Sequence record: MT612988.1
Length of the DNA stretch: 64,000 nt
Direction: 5' to 3' (one strand)
A program made the position numbers and the translations under genes. Under the pieces are notes generated by a model. That model did no database searches, was not told the DNA's origin, and saw nothing but the letters and a program-made list of their open reading frames with translations. Numbering within the stretch: position 1 is the first letter of the stretch; the number at the start of each line of letters is the position of its first letter. Below, one piece after another: positions 16,495 through 25,379 of the stretch.

Positions 16495-17202
16495 TTATGC
16501 TCCTATTGTTTTCATCATTGCTCGTTTTTGAGCGGGTGTCATGTCCAATTCTTCAATTGAAGTCATGATTTCATCGATTTGACGCGAAGTTACTTGAATG
16601 TTGTCACACGTAATAGGCTTAGAATCGTCTATAACGCGCACTACGCGCTGTTTCATGTTCGGCAGTAGTACTTTACTAACCTGACAGCGTTTACGCGATA
16701 CAGTACGTTTGAAGTCGCCTATCGTGATTTCAAAGTGTTTACCTTGGCGCTGTGCTTCAGTCGCGTACTTCACGTATAGCTTAGTGATCTCAAGATCAGT
16801 CATCGGTGTTTCAATAACTTCACCTTTGTAGCGATCAAGATATGACTGAATAATGCTTTTGACTTTCGTCTCATCTGCAAGAAGACGTTGAATCTGCTTC
16901 AGTGTATGAGCTTCTTCAGCATTTGCTTTACTCACGGGCTGATTCTGCTCGATGTAGTTACACTTTACGTTGTTTGCAAGCTGAGTCACAAGAACACAGT
17001 TCTTTGGTTCATACGGCATAGACTCGTCAATACGCTCAACAGTCGCACGCATTTTCTTGCTGCTTTGATTAAACGGGTGGTTTGTGTATGCACAACGACC
17101 ACCGTTCTTCATGCTTTGTAATGTTTTCCATTGTTCTTCAGTGAAGTTGAATGCAATACCGCGTTTTTCACACTCTGCTTTCTTTGTGTTGTAGCTGCTC
17201 AT
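16495..17202 (-). CDS. srd: Srd-like protein with a tandemly duplicated domain
   Basis: KRGIAFNF...RCAYTNHPF...TVERIDESMPYEPKNCVLV resembles T4 Srd (KRRSKDFNL...CAYSGEPF...SLERFDNNVGYIKGNVIAV, from recall). Confidence 0.65.
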   Translation of the reverse strand: MSSYNTKKAECEKRGIAFNFTEEQWKTLQSMKNGGRCAYTNHPFNQSSKKMRATVERIDESMPYEPKNCVLVTQLANNVKCNYIEQNQPVSKANAEEAHTLKQIQRLLADETKVKSIIQSYLDRYKGEVIETPMTDLEITKLYVKYATEAQRQGKHFEITIGDFKRTVSRKRCQVSKVLLPNMKQRVVRVIDDSKPITCDNIQVTSRQIDEIMTSIEELDMTPAQKRAMMKTIGA

Positions 17203-17205
17203 AAT

Positions 17206-17607
17206 TTATTCCTCAATCATACCTTGGCTTACTAGTGAACCTTTGAAACGTTTAAGAACGCCTTCCCATGCTTCGTCTGTGTAAGCATCAATATTGAACA
17301 CTGCGCGAATCTTGTCAAAAAGTTCTCGACGCTGTTCGAGTGGCATTTCTTTGCAGAATATCATGATTGCACCTTGATATTCACGTGCTGTCTCATGCAA
17401 ACCTTTGTACATAAGATGATGTAGATCTAGACCTTTATGGTCAATTTCATGTGAAATCTCGCGTGATAGATGCTCACGCTTCATTTCAGTTTTGAAAATA
17501 TACTTGCCTTCATCACCAGCAGCAAGTTGACCCATGTCGTAGATTTTCTTGTGCATCTCTTCAAGACGCCCGATTTTCTTTTCCCACATTTGATAAAATT
17601 CTGACAT
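17206..17607 (-). CDS. Hypothetical helical protein
   Basis: 133-aa ORF. Confidence 0.7.
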   Translation of the reverse strand: MSEFYQMWEKKIGRLEEMHKKIYDMGQLAAGDEGKYIFKTEMKREHLSREISHEIDHKGLDLHHLMYKGLHETAREYQGAIMIFCKEMPLEQRRELFDKIRAVFNIDAYTDEAWEGVLKRFKGSLVSQGMIEE

Positions 17608-17609
17608 GA

Positions 17610-17939
17610 TTAACCCTCAAATGATTCGATAAGACGAAAGTTTTCGTAGTCTGCTTCTGAAGCAGCACGCCAATGTTTAAGTGAAACTTTACCCGCTGCT
17701 TTGATTTTGTCAATAAGCTGTGCTGACTCATAACCTGGCCATGCACATTTCTTTTCAACTGTAGTGCTCCACAGTTTGCGACTTTCACAATATGAACCTT
17801 TCGAATCCATGAAAAGCACTTCATGCAGCATGATTGTACCATCTTCAAGGCGCATTGCTACTTTTTGGTGTTCTGCACGCATAGAATAAACGACTTTGAT
17901 TTCAGCAAATTTGATGTCGAATTTAGTTTGGTCAGTCAT
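17610..17939 (-). CDS. Hypothetical early protein
   Basis: AAGAGAGAACATTATG leader and early promoter. Confidence 0.75.
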   Translation of the reverse strand: MTDQTKFDIKFAEIKVVYSMRAEHQKVAMRLEDGTIMLHEVLFMDSKGSYCESRKLWSTTVEKKCAWPGYESAQLIDKIKAAGKVSLKHWRAASEADYENFRLIESFEG

Positions 17940-17983
17940 AATGTTCTCTCTTTGTTTTAGGTCAACATCGTGTTGATGTAGCT

Positions 17984-18020
17984 ATAATACACAAAAGGGC
18001 TGACCGCAGTCAACCCTTTT
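17984..18020 (-). promoter_or_regulatory. Early promoter TTGACT-18-TATTAT embedded in a terminator stem-loop
   Basis: aaaagggttgac-tgcg-gtcagcccttttg; -10 at 17984-17989. Confidence 0.6.
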
Positions 18021-18771
18021 CTTCAAGAATATTCAAATTATATTTCGGCTTCATGTAATGACTCATGTTTGCACAAATGAAATCACATGCCCAATTCTTA
18101 GTAAGCCGTGTAATTGTCTTCTTCAACGCATGATTCCACGCATTCAACGGCATCATTCCGTGAACAATGTATCGTTCAATTGCGATTACCGAAATTTCTT
18201 CGTGGAATAAATTGATCTTGTCTTCGAACGACAATTGTTCGAACTTCTCTTTACTGACTAAAACATCACAGCCGTCTTTGAGAATTTTCTCATACAACGG
18301 GCGGTTAGGTGCTGCGACCATTCGATGAAGCTCATCATGTTCATACACGTATCGAACTTTGTCATTAAAGAAGTCGTCTGCGTCTTTGTTCAAACACAGA
18401 TAATCTTTATTGCCAAGCTCTTTTCGCCAATGATTTGTCAACGCTGCGTATAGCTCAGGCTTGATTTTGCAGAATCGCGATAGCGCCATAACATCACGCT
18501 TGTGCTTGTCCCACAATGTCGAACCACCAAACTGACTGTACCCGACTTTATGCTCATCCCAACCAAGATGACTGCATTTTATCGTGTAGATTTCGTCAGC
18601 AGTTGCTATATCACCGTCGAACATCTGCAATATATCGACGGGCATGACAATAAAATCATCCCCGTCGTTAGCCGAGTCGGGCGAGTCTACGAATACATCT
18701 AGATCTTTAATGGTCTTACGCAGTCGAATACCATTATGATGTAACGCAGTTGACCCGACAACAATACGCAT
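18010..18771 (-). CDS. Pol-beta-like nucleotidyltransferase-family hypothetical protein
   Basis: N-terminal IVVGSTAL...KDLDVF (hGS...DhD). Confidence 0.5.
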   Translation of the reverse strand: MRIVVGSTALHHNGIRLRKTIKDLDVFVDSPDSANDGDDFIVMPVDILQMFDGDIATADEIYTIKCSHLGWDEHKVGYSQFGGSTLWDKHKRDVMALSRFCKIKPELYAALTNHWRKELGNKDYLCLNKDADDFFNDKVRYVYEHDELHRMVAAPNRPLYEKILKDGCDVLVSKEKFEQLSFEDKINLFHEEISVIAIERYIVHGMMPLNAWNHALKKTITRLTKNWACDFICANMSHYMKPKYNLNILEEKG

Positions 18772-19067
18772 TACTGAGGAGTGCTCACGTATTGGGTGAT
18801 TGTAACTTGCTTTGGGTAAACTTCAACGAAGTGGTCCCCGTAGTTGTCGTAACCGTGGTAGCTGTAGTAGCTGTATTCAGTCTTGAAGTAACGACCGTCT
18901 TTTTCAAGAATCGTGTAGCAGTACTCAGAACCACCTTCACCACCGCCGTCTTGGTCGATGAACTTCACACCAGGGAAGTCACCATAACCATCTAGTAGAA
19001 AGTCAAGATAGTCTTTGTCGTCGTAGTCTTCACCAAGAATTTCTTCAAATGTATAACGATTTGTCAT
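18771..19067 (-). CDS. Hypothetical acidic, Tyr-rich protein
   Basis: Translationally coupled ORF. Confidence 0.7.
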   Translation of the reverse strand: MTNRYTFEEILGEDYDDKDYLDFLLDGYGDFPGVKFIDQDGGGEGGSEYCYTILEKDGRYFKTEYSYYSYHGYDNYGDHFVEVYPKQVTITQYVSTPQ

Positions 19068-19390
19068 TTATTTTCACCATTTTTTTCAGTTTTTGCTTTG
19101 TGTTCGTTTTCCTTTCGCTCCCATTTAGCGAGCTTGTTACGAACAACGTTCATGATTTCAGCTTCAGTGATGTTCGGGTTATCGACGTAAATTAGGTCAA
19201 TTAGACACAGAATACCATCAACCGATTCACCTAGAATCCCGTCAACGTCAGCGTTTTTGTACGACGTACCGTACTTGACGCGAACTTCAGTTGCTAGTTC
19301 GCCTACTTCTTCAACAACGCTCATGTGAACGTCTTTTACTGTTCGACCGTTGTCGATTCGCTTACTTGAAGCTAGAATTTCATTGATCAT
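19064..19390 (-). CDS. MazG-like NTP pyrophosphohydrolase
   Basis: VVEEVGELA...GESVD (EExxE...ExxD). Confidence 0.8.
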   Translation of the reverse strand: MINEILASSKRIDNGRTVKDVHMSVVEEVGELATEVRVKYGTSYKNADVDGILGESVDGILCLIDLIYVDNPNITEAEIMNVVRNKLAKWERKENEHKAKTEKNGENK

Positions 19391-19677
19391 AGAGTATTCA
19401 ACACATCAACAATTTGAATTTTTTCAACAGTGTGAAATCCGTATTCACAGTAAGGCATTTGTTCAGAAATGAACTGAATATCATCTTCACTGAACTCAGG
19501 GTATACTTCTGAGTTCGGACGCTCTTGACATTCGCCTTCTGTCCAACTCGCCAGAGAATCACCAGAAAGATGTACGAGCGTTTCAAATCGCTCAACTTCT
19601 TCACTCGATGCCGGTTTCAAATCGCCAACGTAATCACCATCATTGGTGTCAACTTCTACGTAAATATGTAACGCCAT
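19387..19677 (-). CDS. Hypothetical protein (start ATG 19677, MALHIY...)
   Basis: GAGG SD; overlaps the stop of the upstream gene. Confidence 0.65.
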   Translation of the reverse strand: MALHIYVEVDTNDGDYVGDLKPASSEEVERFETLVHLSGDSLASWTEGECQERPNSEVYPEFSEDDIQFISEQMPYCEYGFHTVEKIQIVDVLNTL

Positions 19678-19907
19678 TACAAATTCCTCATTATTGTGCC
19701 TATTAAAGCGAAAACAATCGCCGAGATGAACAATACAACCCACCCAGCGACTGTATGACCCGAAATGATGAGCCATGCACCGAAGATAAGCCCGCCAACT
19801 GACAATCCGAGAATAACCAACATTGCGACGATACCGAACGCAATCAATGTCAACAACCCCGTTACGAACTCACCTAAGTTCATGTTACTCACCAATTTCA
19901 AAGTCAA
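19677..19907 (-). CDS. Membrane protein
   Basis: Two to three hydrophobic segments. Confidence 0.7.
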   Translation of the reverse strand: MTLKLVSNMNLGEFVTGLLTLIAFGIVAMLVILGLSVGGLIFGAWLIISGHTVAGWVVLFISAIVFALIGTIMRNL

Positions 19908-20079
19908 AAAGATAGTGAATCTTGCCGTCAGTTAGCGAATCGCCGATGAGCGGGTCGTTAGCTGCAACAACTTTGCTGTACGGAAGTTTGATAAGCTCAC
20001 CGTCGATTGTGTCAATTCGCTCAATTACAATGATCGGCGTACCTGTTTTCAGTTCAAAATAATCTGTTTTACTAATCAC
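19885..20079 (-). CDS. Hypothetical protein
   Basis: ATGA-coupled to td. Confidence 0.6.
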   Translation of the reverse strand: MISKTDYFELKTGTPIIVIERIDTIDGELIKLPYSKVVAANDPLIGDSLTDGKIHYLFDFEIGE

Positions 20080-20978
20080 GACATTTTACCTTTTAGGGTT
20101 GGGTATGGGTCATAGTCATATACGCGAAAATCACTTGCGCGTTTAGTTAACAACTGTGACAACGTTTCAAATTCAGGAAGTTCAATCTGAGGTAGCGCAC
20201 GCGGCGTACGTCTCATTTGCTTCATTACTTGTATTAGATGATCTTCATAAATGTGAACATCACCACCAGAGAAAATCAATTCACCGACACCTAAGCCAGT
20301 CAATTTAGCTAGTATATGCACTAGCAAAGCATACGATGCGATATTGAACGGTAGACCTAAGAATGTGTCAACTGAACGCTGATTCCATTTCAAGCTGATC
20401 TTACCATTACGCACGAACACTTGAAAGCCGTAATGACATGGCGGTAGAGCTACGTCAACTGAGTTACTTTCAGTATGGAAGTACGGGTCCCATGCTTCAA
20501 CAAGCATACGACGTTGCGCACTTTGCGTCGGGTCTTCATTAACCGCTGCAATATCGCACAGCAATTGATGAATCTGGTCAAACTCAACAATTTCTCGCTC
20601 TGCATTTACAGATAGACGTTTACGCCACACTTTGCCATAGACATAACCAAGGTCGTCTTCATTGCGAACAATACCTGCTTCTTTCGCACGCTCGTTCAGC
20701 TCGTCGAGATTTTGTTGCCAGATACAGAAATCTTCGTCTGATAATTCAGTGTATTTTCTCAGTTCAGAAATCGAACCTGAACCGCTCAAGAACCATAGCA
20801 ACTCACCGAAAATAGCTCTTGTCGCCATTTTCTTAGTCGTTAGCAACGGGAAACCTTTTTCTAAGTCCCATCGAAGCTCACGCGAAACAACACTAACAGT
20901 ATTCGTGCCTGTTCTATTCTCAAGAAAATCACCATTTTCTAGAATATCTTTACAAAGTTCCAAGTAGTTTTTCATCAA
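20076..20978 (-). CDS. td: Thymidylate synthase (uninterrupted)
   Basis: FPLLTTKK, ELLWFLSG, LPPCH, QRSVD, LGLPFNIASY, HIY. Confidence 0.97.
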   Translation of the reverse strand: MMKNYLELCKDILENGDFLENRTGTNTVSVVSRELRWDLEKGFPLLTTKKMATRAIFGELLWFLSGSGSISELRKYTELSDEDFCIWQQNLDELNERAKEAGIVRNEDDLGYVYGKVWRKRLSVNAEREIVEFDQIHQLLCDIAAVNEDPTQSAQRRMLVEAWDPYFHTESNSVDVALPPCHYGFQVFVRNGKISLKWNQRSVDTFLGLPFNIASYALLVHILAKLTGLGVGELIFSGGDVHIYEDHLIQVMKQMRRTPRALPQIELPEFETLSQLLTKRASDFRVYDYDPYPTLKGKMS

Positions 20979-20984
20979 TTACCT

Positions 20985-21188
20985 TTAAAAATCATCGTCC
21001 CATACTGCTTGCACGGGAGTACATTGCATCAACTGACCGTCAATTTCATAAGTCTCTGATTGCGGTTGAGTACTGTAAGATGTAGGTTGTTCAGCCCCAA
21101 ACAACGTACCAGCAGCTACCGACGCTAGAATCCCTAGAATCGCAATCAAAACAATCAATTCGATCAGAGTAAAACCTTTAGATTTCAT
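20985..21188 (-). CDS. Mini type IV prepilin-like protein, 67 aa
   Basis: MKSKG|FTLIELIVLIAILGILASVA: basic leader, G|F cleavage site, E at +5, hydrophobic helix. Confidence 0.85.
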   Translation of the reverse strand: MKSKGFTLIELIVLIAILGILASVAAGTLFGAEQPTSYSTQPQSETYEIDGQLMQCTPVQAVWDDDF

Positions 21189-21224
21189 AATATTACACTC
21201 ACAAAGTTAGTTAATAAACAGTTT

Positions 21225-21455
21225 TTACGGCAGTTTGCTCGTTTTGCGTGCTTGCTTTGCCGTTTCAGGTAGTTTCACTTCAAAGTGCTCTGCTTGTGAA
21301 ACGTACAATACGCGCTCTGCAAGTAATTCACCGTTCTCGTAAACAGTCGTAATGAATTCAGGACCAGAAGAGCTATTTTTAACATCAACACCTGGTTTTG
21401 TCATTAGCTCTTCAAAGCGAGTCGCAGTAGTCAATTTAAGATTTAAGTTATCCAT
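21225..21455 (-). CDS. Hypothetical protein
   Basis: 76-aa ORF. Confidence 0.65.
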   Translation of the reverse strand: MDNLNLKLTTATRFEELMTKPGVDVKNSSSGPEFITTVYENGELLAERVLYVSQAEHFEVKLPETAKQARKTSKLP

Positions 21456-21891
21456 GATGAGAATGAAACCCCTCTAAGTATTTTGCAAGTTCATATGTTC
21501 GACCGTATTTGTAGAACATATCTGAATCAAAGTCGCGACGCTTTAGACCTTCGCCGATCTTACGCAGTTCACGCCATTCTTTCATTTCGGCTTGAACTTG
21601 CATTAGCGTGTCGTCGCCAATGAATGCTACACCTGTTAGTGAGTGATGTAAACCTTCTTCTTGAAAAAATGTAATGTCTTCAACAACACCCATTTCACGA
21701 ATTGTCTCTTCGATTTCTTCAAGATGGTCATGACTAGCCGCTGACAGAACACAAATCGTCTCGTGATCATTCAGCCACTTATTGAAAACTGGGTTATCTG
21801 CTTTACGCGCAAGACGTAGAAGCGCATGTGCACCTTGAATACCAGCTTGAATACCTTTACAATAGCGATTTACAAATACGTAACCTTTCAA
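21448..21891 (-). CDS. PTH2 (peptidyl-tRNA hydrolase 2)-like protein
   Basis: YVFVN...GIQGAHA...W...HETICVL...FQE...LTGVAF follows the PTH2 pattern (AQxAHA, W, KIVL, T); GTG start. Confidence 0.5.
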   Translation of the reverse strand: MKGYVFVNRYCKGIQAGIQGAHALLRLARKADNPVFNKWLNDHETICVLSAASHDHLEEIEETIREMGVVEDITFFQEEGLHHSLTGVAFIGDDTLMQVQAEMKEWRELRKIGEGLKRRDFDSDMFYKYGRTYELAKYLEGFHSHHG

Positions 21892-22133
21892 ATCTTTTCC
21901 TCACAATACATAAAGCCATGAGCGTTTCTAGTTAATTCACTCACAACTGTGCCATTAATCATGTCGATGTTCACAGTGTTCAATTGAACTTCATTACCTG
22001 CGTCATCAACAAGTCGTAGAAAATCACCACGTGCCCATAGACACGGTGCAATATCAACCAACTGACCAAAAAAGCTCTCTTGGTCTAGTCTTTCAGTGAC
22101 CTCGATATAGTCACCAAGTCTAATTTGCTTCAT
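21888..22133 (-). CDS. Hypothetical protein
   Basis: Coupled ORF. Confidence 0.65.
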   Translation of the reverse strand: MKQIRLGDYIEVTERLDQESFFGQLVDIAPCLWARGDFLRLVDDAGNEVQLNTVNIDMINGTVVSELTRNAHGFMYCEEKI

Positions 22134-22518
22134 TTTGCTTTCTGCTTATATCAATCAAAAAGAATTTATCATGGTTTTGCTTATTTTCATTACGATATAT
22201 CGTCGTAATCAAAATACAACCTTTAATTCCCTTCTCAAATATTATGTAAATATCTTCACGCTTGATAGCAAGCTCACGCTTTTCAGCACTGTAATACCAA
22301 TACAGAACTTCACCTAAGTGCTTGTTTACTGTATGATACAGCATTCTACGCAATGTTGAATGTTCAGCAGCACAGAATCGGTCATATACTCGATGTGTGA
22401 AGTGTTTCTTCATCACAAAGTCAACAGTCCCGACTAAGCCACGCTGCTTCTCAATCGCGTAATTGTTGAATTCAAATGAAAATCTTTTCCATTTGTACAT
22501 GAACGAATGCAAATTCAT
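22120..22518 (-). CDS. Hypothetical protein
   Basis: Coupled ORF. Confidence 0.65.
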   Translation of the reverse strand: MNLHSFMYKWKRFSFEFNNYAIEKQRGLVGTVDFVMKKHFTHRVYDRFCAAEHSTLRRMLYHTVNKHLGEVLYWYYSAEKRELAIKREDIYIIFEKGIKGCILITTIYRNENKQNHDKFFLIDISRKQNEAN

Positions 22519-22652
22519 AACGTTTTTTCAAACTCATTGATTTGCGAATTAAGCTCTTCGCGAGTACGAGCAACTAAAACAGTACCGTCTTTGTATGTCG
22601 CGATGAACTGAGCTTTCTTTTCGATTGTCCAATCTAAGCGATTCGTTGTCAT
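22515..22652 (-). CDS. Small early protein (MTTNRLDW..., 45 aa)
   Basis: AAGAGAAC leader; early promoter at 22685-22713. Confidence 0.65.
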   Translation of the reverse strand: MTTNRLDWTIEKKAQFIATYKDGTVLVARTREELNSQINEFEKTL

Positions 22653-22684
22653 AATATTGTTCTCTTTTCGTTGTCGATGTGAGT

Positions 22685-22713
22685 ATATTACACAAGTCAC
22701 ATCGACAACGCAA
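22685..22713 (-). promoter_or_regulatory. Early promoter TTGCGT-17-TAATAT
   Basis: A-tract, GGTTGCGT, 17-nt spacer. Confidence 0.75.
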
Positions 22714-22720
22714 CCACTTT

Positions 22721-22882
22721 TTACATATTTTCTGTAATTCTGAAAATATTAATCAGTGGGTATTTGTAAACCATACCGTCTTTCATCATCAAGCAGTAAA
22801 GACCGTCTTTGGTGTAAGCGTTCTTTACATTATCATGAACAACTGGCTTGGCTTGTGATAGTAAATGTACAGCAATCATCAT
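22721..22882 (-). CDS. Hypothetical 53-aa protein missed by the ORF track (MMIAVHLLSQ...)
   Basis: ATGA overlap with the dexA stop; open to TAA at 22721. Confidence 0.65.
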   Translation of the reverse strand: MMIAVHLLSQAKPVVHDNVKNAYTKDGLYCLMMKDGMVYKYPLINIFRITENM

Positions 22883-23571
22883 AGTAGCCCAAGTTCCTCT
22901 TTCTCTTCGTCAGTGAAATCAACCGATACTTCATGACATTCCATTTTCTCGGGTAGTTCTTCTAAATCAAGTGCGTAACGCGCTGCCATGATAAGCATCA
23001 TTGCATCTTTCGCACAGTCGTGTACGCCGTTGTGGTGAATGAAACCTGGCATTGCGTCACGACGAATTGGCACTTTACACATGTCACGTTGTAACATCAA
23101 TGCTTCAATACGAGTACGAACATCACGGAATTTCCAGAATCGTTCGATGACTGCATGACGCAAGCCGCTGTACTTGAAGCAATCTGCCATTAACGGGATA
23201 TCGTAGTTATTACCGCGACAGTACAAGTGTGAACGACCGTCGTAGCGAGTGTTTTCTTCGATCCACTCAATGAACAACTTGTGACCTTCTTCAACCGACA
23301 CGTCTTCTGCGCTAGGTATTAGAATTTCTTTCGCTTCTTTTGATTGCTCAGACCACCATTGCACAGTAGCTTTGTTAATGCTTCGCTTACCTTTCTGAGT
23401 TTTGATCTCAAACTTGCAACGAAAAGAGTTTTTCACAAGCTCTTGGTAGTCAGGGACTTTCGTAAAATCGTGCTCGAATTCAACTGCACCTAGTTCAATA
23501 ACCGCTGCGTCGGGAGTCACGTCGAATCCCTCATAGTCGATTAGAATGTCATAGACGGGTTTATCACTCAT
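22879..23571 (-). CDS. dexA: DexA-like 3'-5' exonuclease (DEDDh)
   Basis: LIDYEG, YCRGNNYD, FWKFRDVRT, HNGVHDCAKD. Confidence 0.85.
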   Translation of the reverse strand: MSDKPVYDILIDYEGFDVTPDAAVIELGAVEFEHDFTKVPDYQELVKNSFRCKFEIKTQKGKRSINKATVQWWSEQSKEAKEILIPSAEDVSVEEGHKLFIEWIEENTRYDGRSHLYCRGNNYDIPLMADCFKYSGLRHAVIERFWKFRDVRTRIEALMLQRDMCKVPIRRDAMPGFIHHNGVHDCAKDAMMLIMAARYALDLEELPEKMECHEVSVDFTDEEKEELGLL

Positions 23572-23804
23572 GATATTTCCTTCTTCACGTCAAGTAATGT
23601 ATGTAGCAAATCGAGCTTAGATTCGATTCTGCTTTGTTGTTTGTCAATGTCGCAAATCTTAGTTCGATTCGAAATCAACATCTTTTCTTTTTGCTCTTGG
23701 TCACGTGCAATATCCATTCGAAGAGAAGCTTCAATGCGCTCGTCCATGAGCACTGAACGCATTGAACCTAGAATCTCACCAGTTTTAGAAATAGGCGTGT
23801 GCAT
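23568..23804 (-). CDS. Hypothetical coiled-coil protein
   Basis: Coupled ORF. Confidence 0.65.
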   Translation of the reverse strand: MHTPISKTGEILGSMRSVLMDERIEASLRMDIARDQEQKEKMLISNRTKICDIDKQQSRIESKLDLLHTLLDVKKEIS

Positions 23805-24301
23805 TATTTCACCCCGCTCTCACCGAACCCACTAGCACCGCGGTCAGTTTCTTCGTCGAAATCATCAACTACTTCAAACTGCACGTTTTTCACGTAAGTG
23901 TGGAAAATCAACTGACAGATACGATCACCGCGCTCAATATGCAGCACGTCGTCGCCTTCGTTGCGAATCTTGATCATGATTTCGCCTTGATAGTTCGCGT
24001 CGATAATCCCGATTGTGTTTGCAAGGCGTAAGAAGTGCTTGAACCCAAGACCGCTTCGCGGTGCAATCGCGCCGTATACACCTAAATCAGTGAATACTCG
24101 ATGTAGTGGGTGCGAACCAATATGAATCTTGACACCAGACGGGATAACGACTGAATCACCCGGTTGTAGCTCGATTGACTCTTCAATTGCAGCACGCAGA
24201 TCAATACCCGCGTCATCTGGGTCTTTCACACCAATTGGCTCAATTGCTTTTAGACCAAGTTCTTTGTTTTCTTTGTAGTGAGGCAGGTAAATAATCTTCA
24301 T
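23804..24301 (-). CDS. dut: Trimeric dUTPase
   Basis: AGIDL, PRSGLG, GIIDANYQGEI, RICQL, RGASGFGESG. Confidence 0.95.
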   Translation of the reverse strand: MKIIYLPHYKENKELGLKAIEPIGVKDPDDAGIDLRAAIEESIELQPGDSVVIPSGVKIHIGSHPLHRVFTDLGVYGAIAPRSGLGFKHFLRLANTIGIIDANYQGEIMIKIRNEGDDVLHIERGDRICQLIFHTYVKNVQFEVVDDFDEETDRGASGFGESGVK

Positions 24302-25359
24302 TAAATTTTCTTCCATCTGTTAAGTCGATTTGTAGCCATTAGACCGCTAACGGCATTTTCATAAATGTATTGCTGAATGAACTCAGCAGATACACCAGCT
24401 TTGACAAAATCATTGATGTCTTTCTTATCAATAATTTGAGGTGGGAGCTTATCCCAAATAACAACACGCTCACCCGCTCTGATTAGAACTTGAAGACGCT
24501 TTACAACGTCTGGGTGGCGAGGCTCATTATCAAGCGCCCAAATGCGATTCCCCGCATAGGGTGCATTTTGTGGACTGACTTGTCCACCTACTATAGCACA
24601 GCAATTGTAGAGGAATAAACTATCAATCGGGCCCTCAACGAAAATAACAGGGTCATCTTCATTGATACGCTCTGTGCCGTATATCTTGTTGAAATCGTCG
24701 TCAATTTTAATGGTCATGTATCGTTGAGCATGTTTGTTTGTCAACGCACGACCTTGAACAGCAATCAAACCTTCTTTGTTATAGATAGGTATTACCAATC
24801 GAGGGTGGTCATTTCTAATCTCACCTTCGTACAAATCTGGGCGAAGCGTCTTAGCCATTTGAGACCAGCCACGAGTAAACCCAAGCAAATGCCACTTGTC
24901 TTTAGGGATTTTTCTAGATTCGAGGTATTTGTGCATCACATGACCATCTTTAAGGGCAGTGATATTATAGAAAAGTTGCTCTTCTTGTTCTTTCTCAACG
25001 ACAGTCGCTTCTTTCTTTTCAACGACTGGTTCAGGTTCGCGTTCTTTACGCTCACGAGAATTGCGCTCTTTGAATAACTCGACGCGATACTGAGAAAACA
25101 ACGATGGTTCGTGATCTTTCAAAAAAGTATACAGCGATTCGTTATAGTCACAGTTCCAGCAACTACAACGTAAATGAATCTCACCAGAACGTGTCTTAAC
25201 TTCATTAATCCAGAAACGTGTCTTGTACTTGTTCTTTTTCGAGTCACCACAAATCGGGCATCTTGCATTGATTTTGAATGGACGATGACTATGCACCGTA
25301 GGGAGTAGTAATCGATGCTGAAGCATCTTGGCGTATTGTATATCAATCAATATTTGCAT
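24301..25359 (-). CDS. 61: DNA primase gp61
   Basis: RCPICGDS...CWNC zinc finger, QGRAL, VEGPIDSLF, DNEPRH, KDIND. Confidence 0.96.
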   Translation of the reverse strand: MQILIDIQYAKMLQHRLLLPTVHSHRPFKINARCPICGDSKKNKYKTRFWINEVKTRSGEIHLRCSCWNCDYNESLYTFLKDHEPSLFSQYRVELFKERNSRERKEREPEPVVEKKEATVVEKEQEEQLFYNITALKDGHVMHKYLESRKIPKDKWHLLGFTRGWSQMAKTLRPDLYEGEIRNDHPRLVIPIYNKEGLIAVQGRALTNKHAQRYMTIKIDDDFNKIYGTERINEDDPVIFVEGPIDSLFLYNCCAIVGGQVSPQNAPYAGNRIWALDNEPRHPDVVKRLQVLIRAGERVVIWDKLPPQIIDKKDINDFVKAGVSAEFIQQYIYENAVSGLMATNRLNRWKKI

Positions 25360-25379
25360 AATTCAACCTCCGTGTAGTG

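Noticed and set aside
20076-20978. Possible group I intron in td, or a dCMP hydroxymethylase
   Set aside because: The frame is uninterrupted (300 aa), and LGLPFNIASY keeps the Asn that specifies dUMP.
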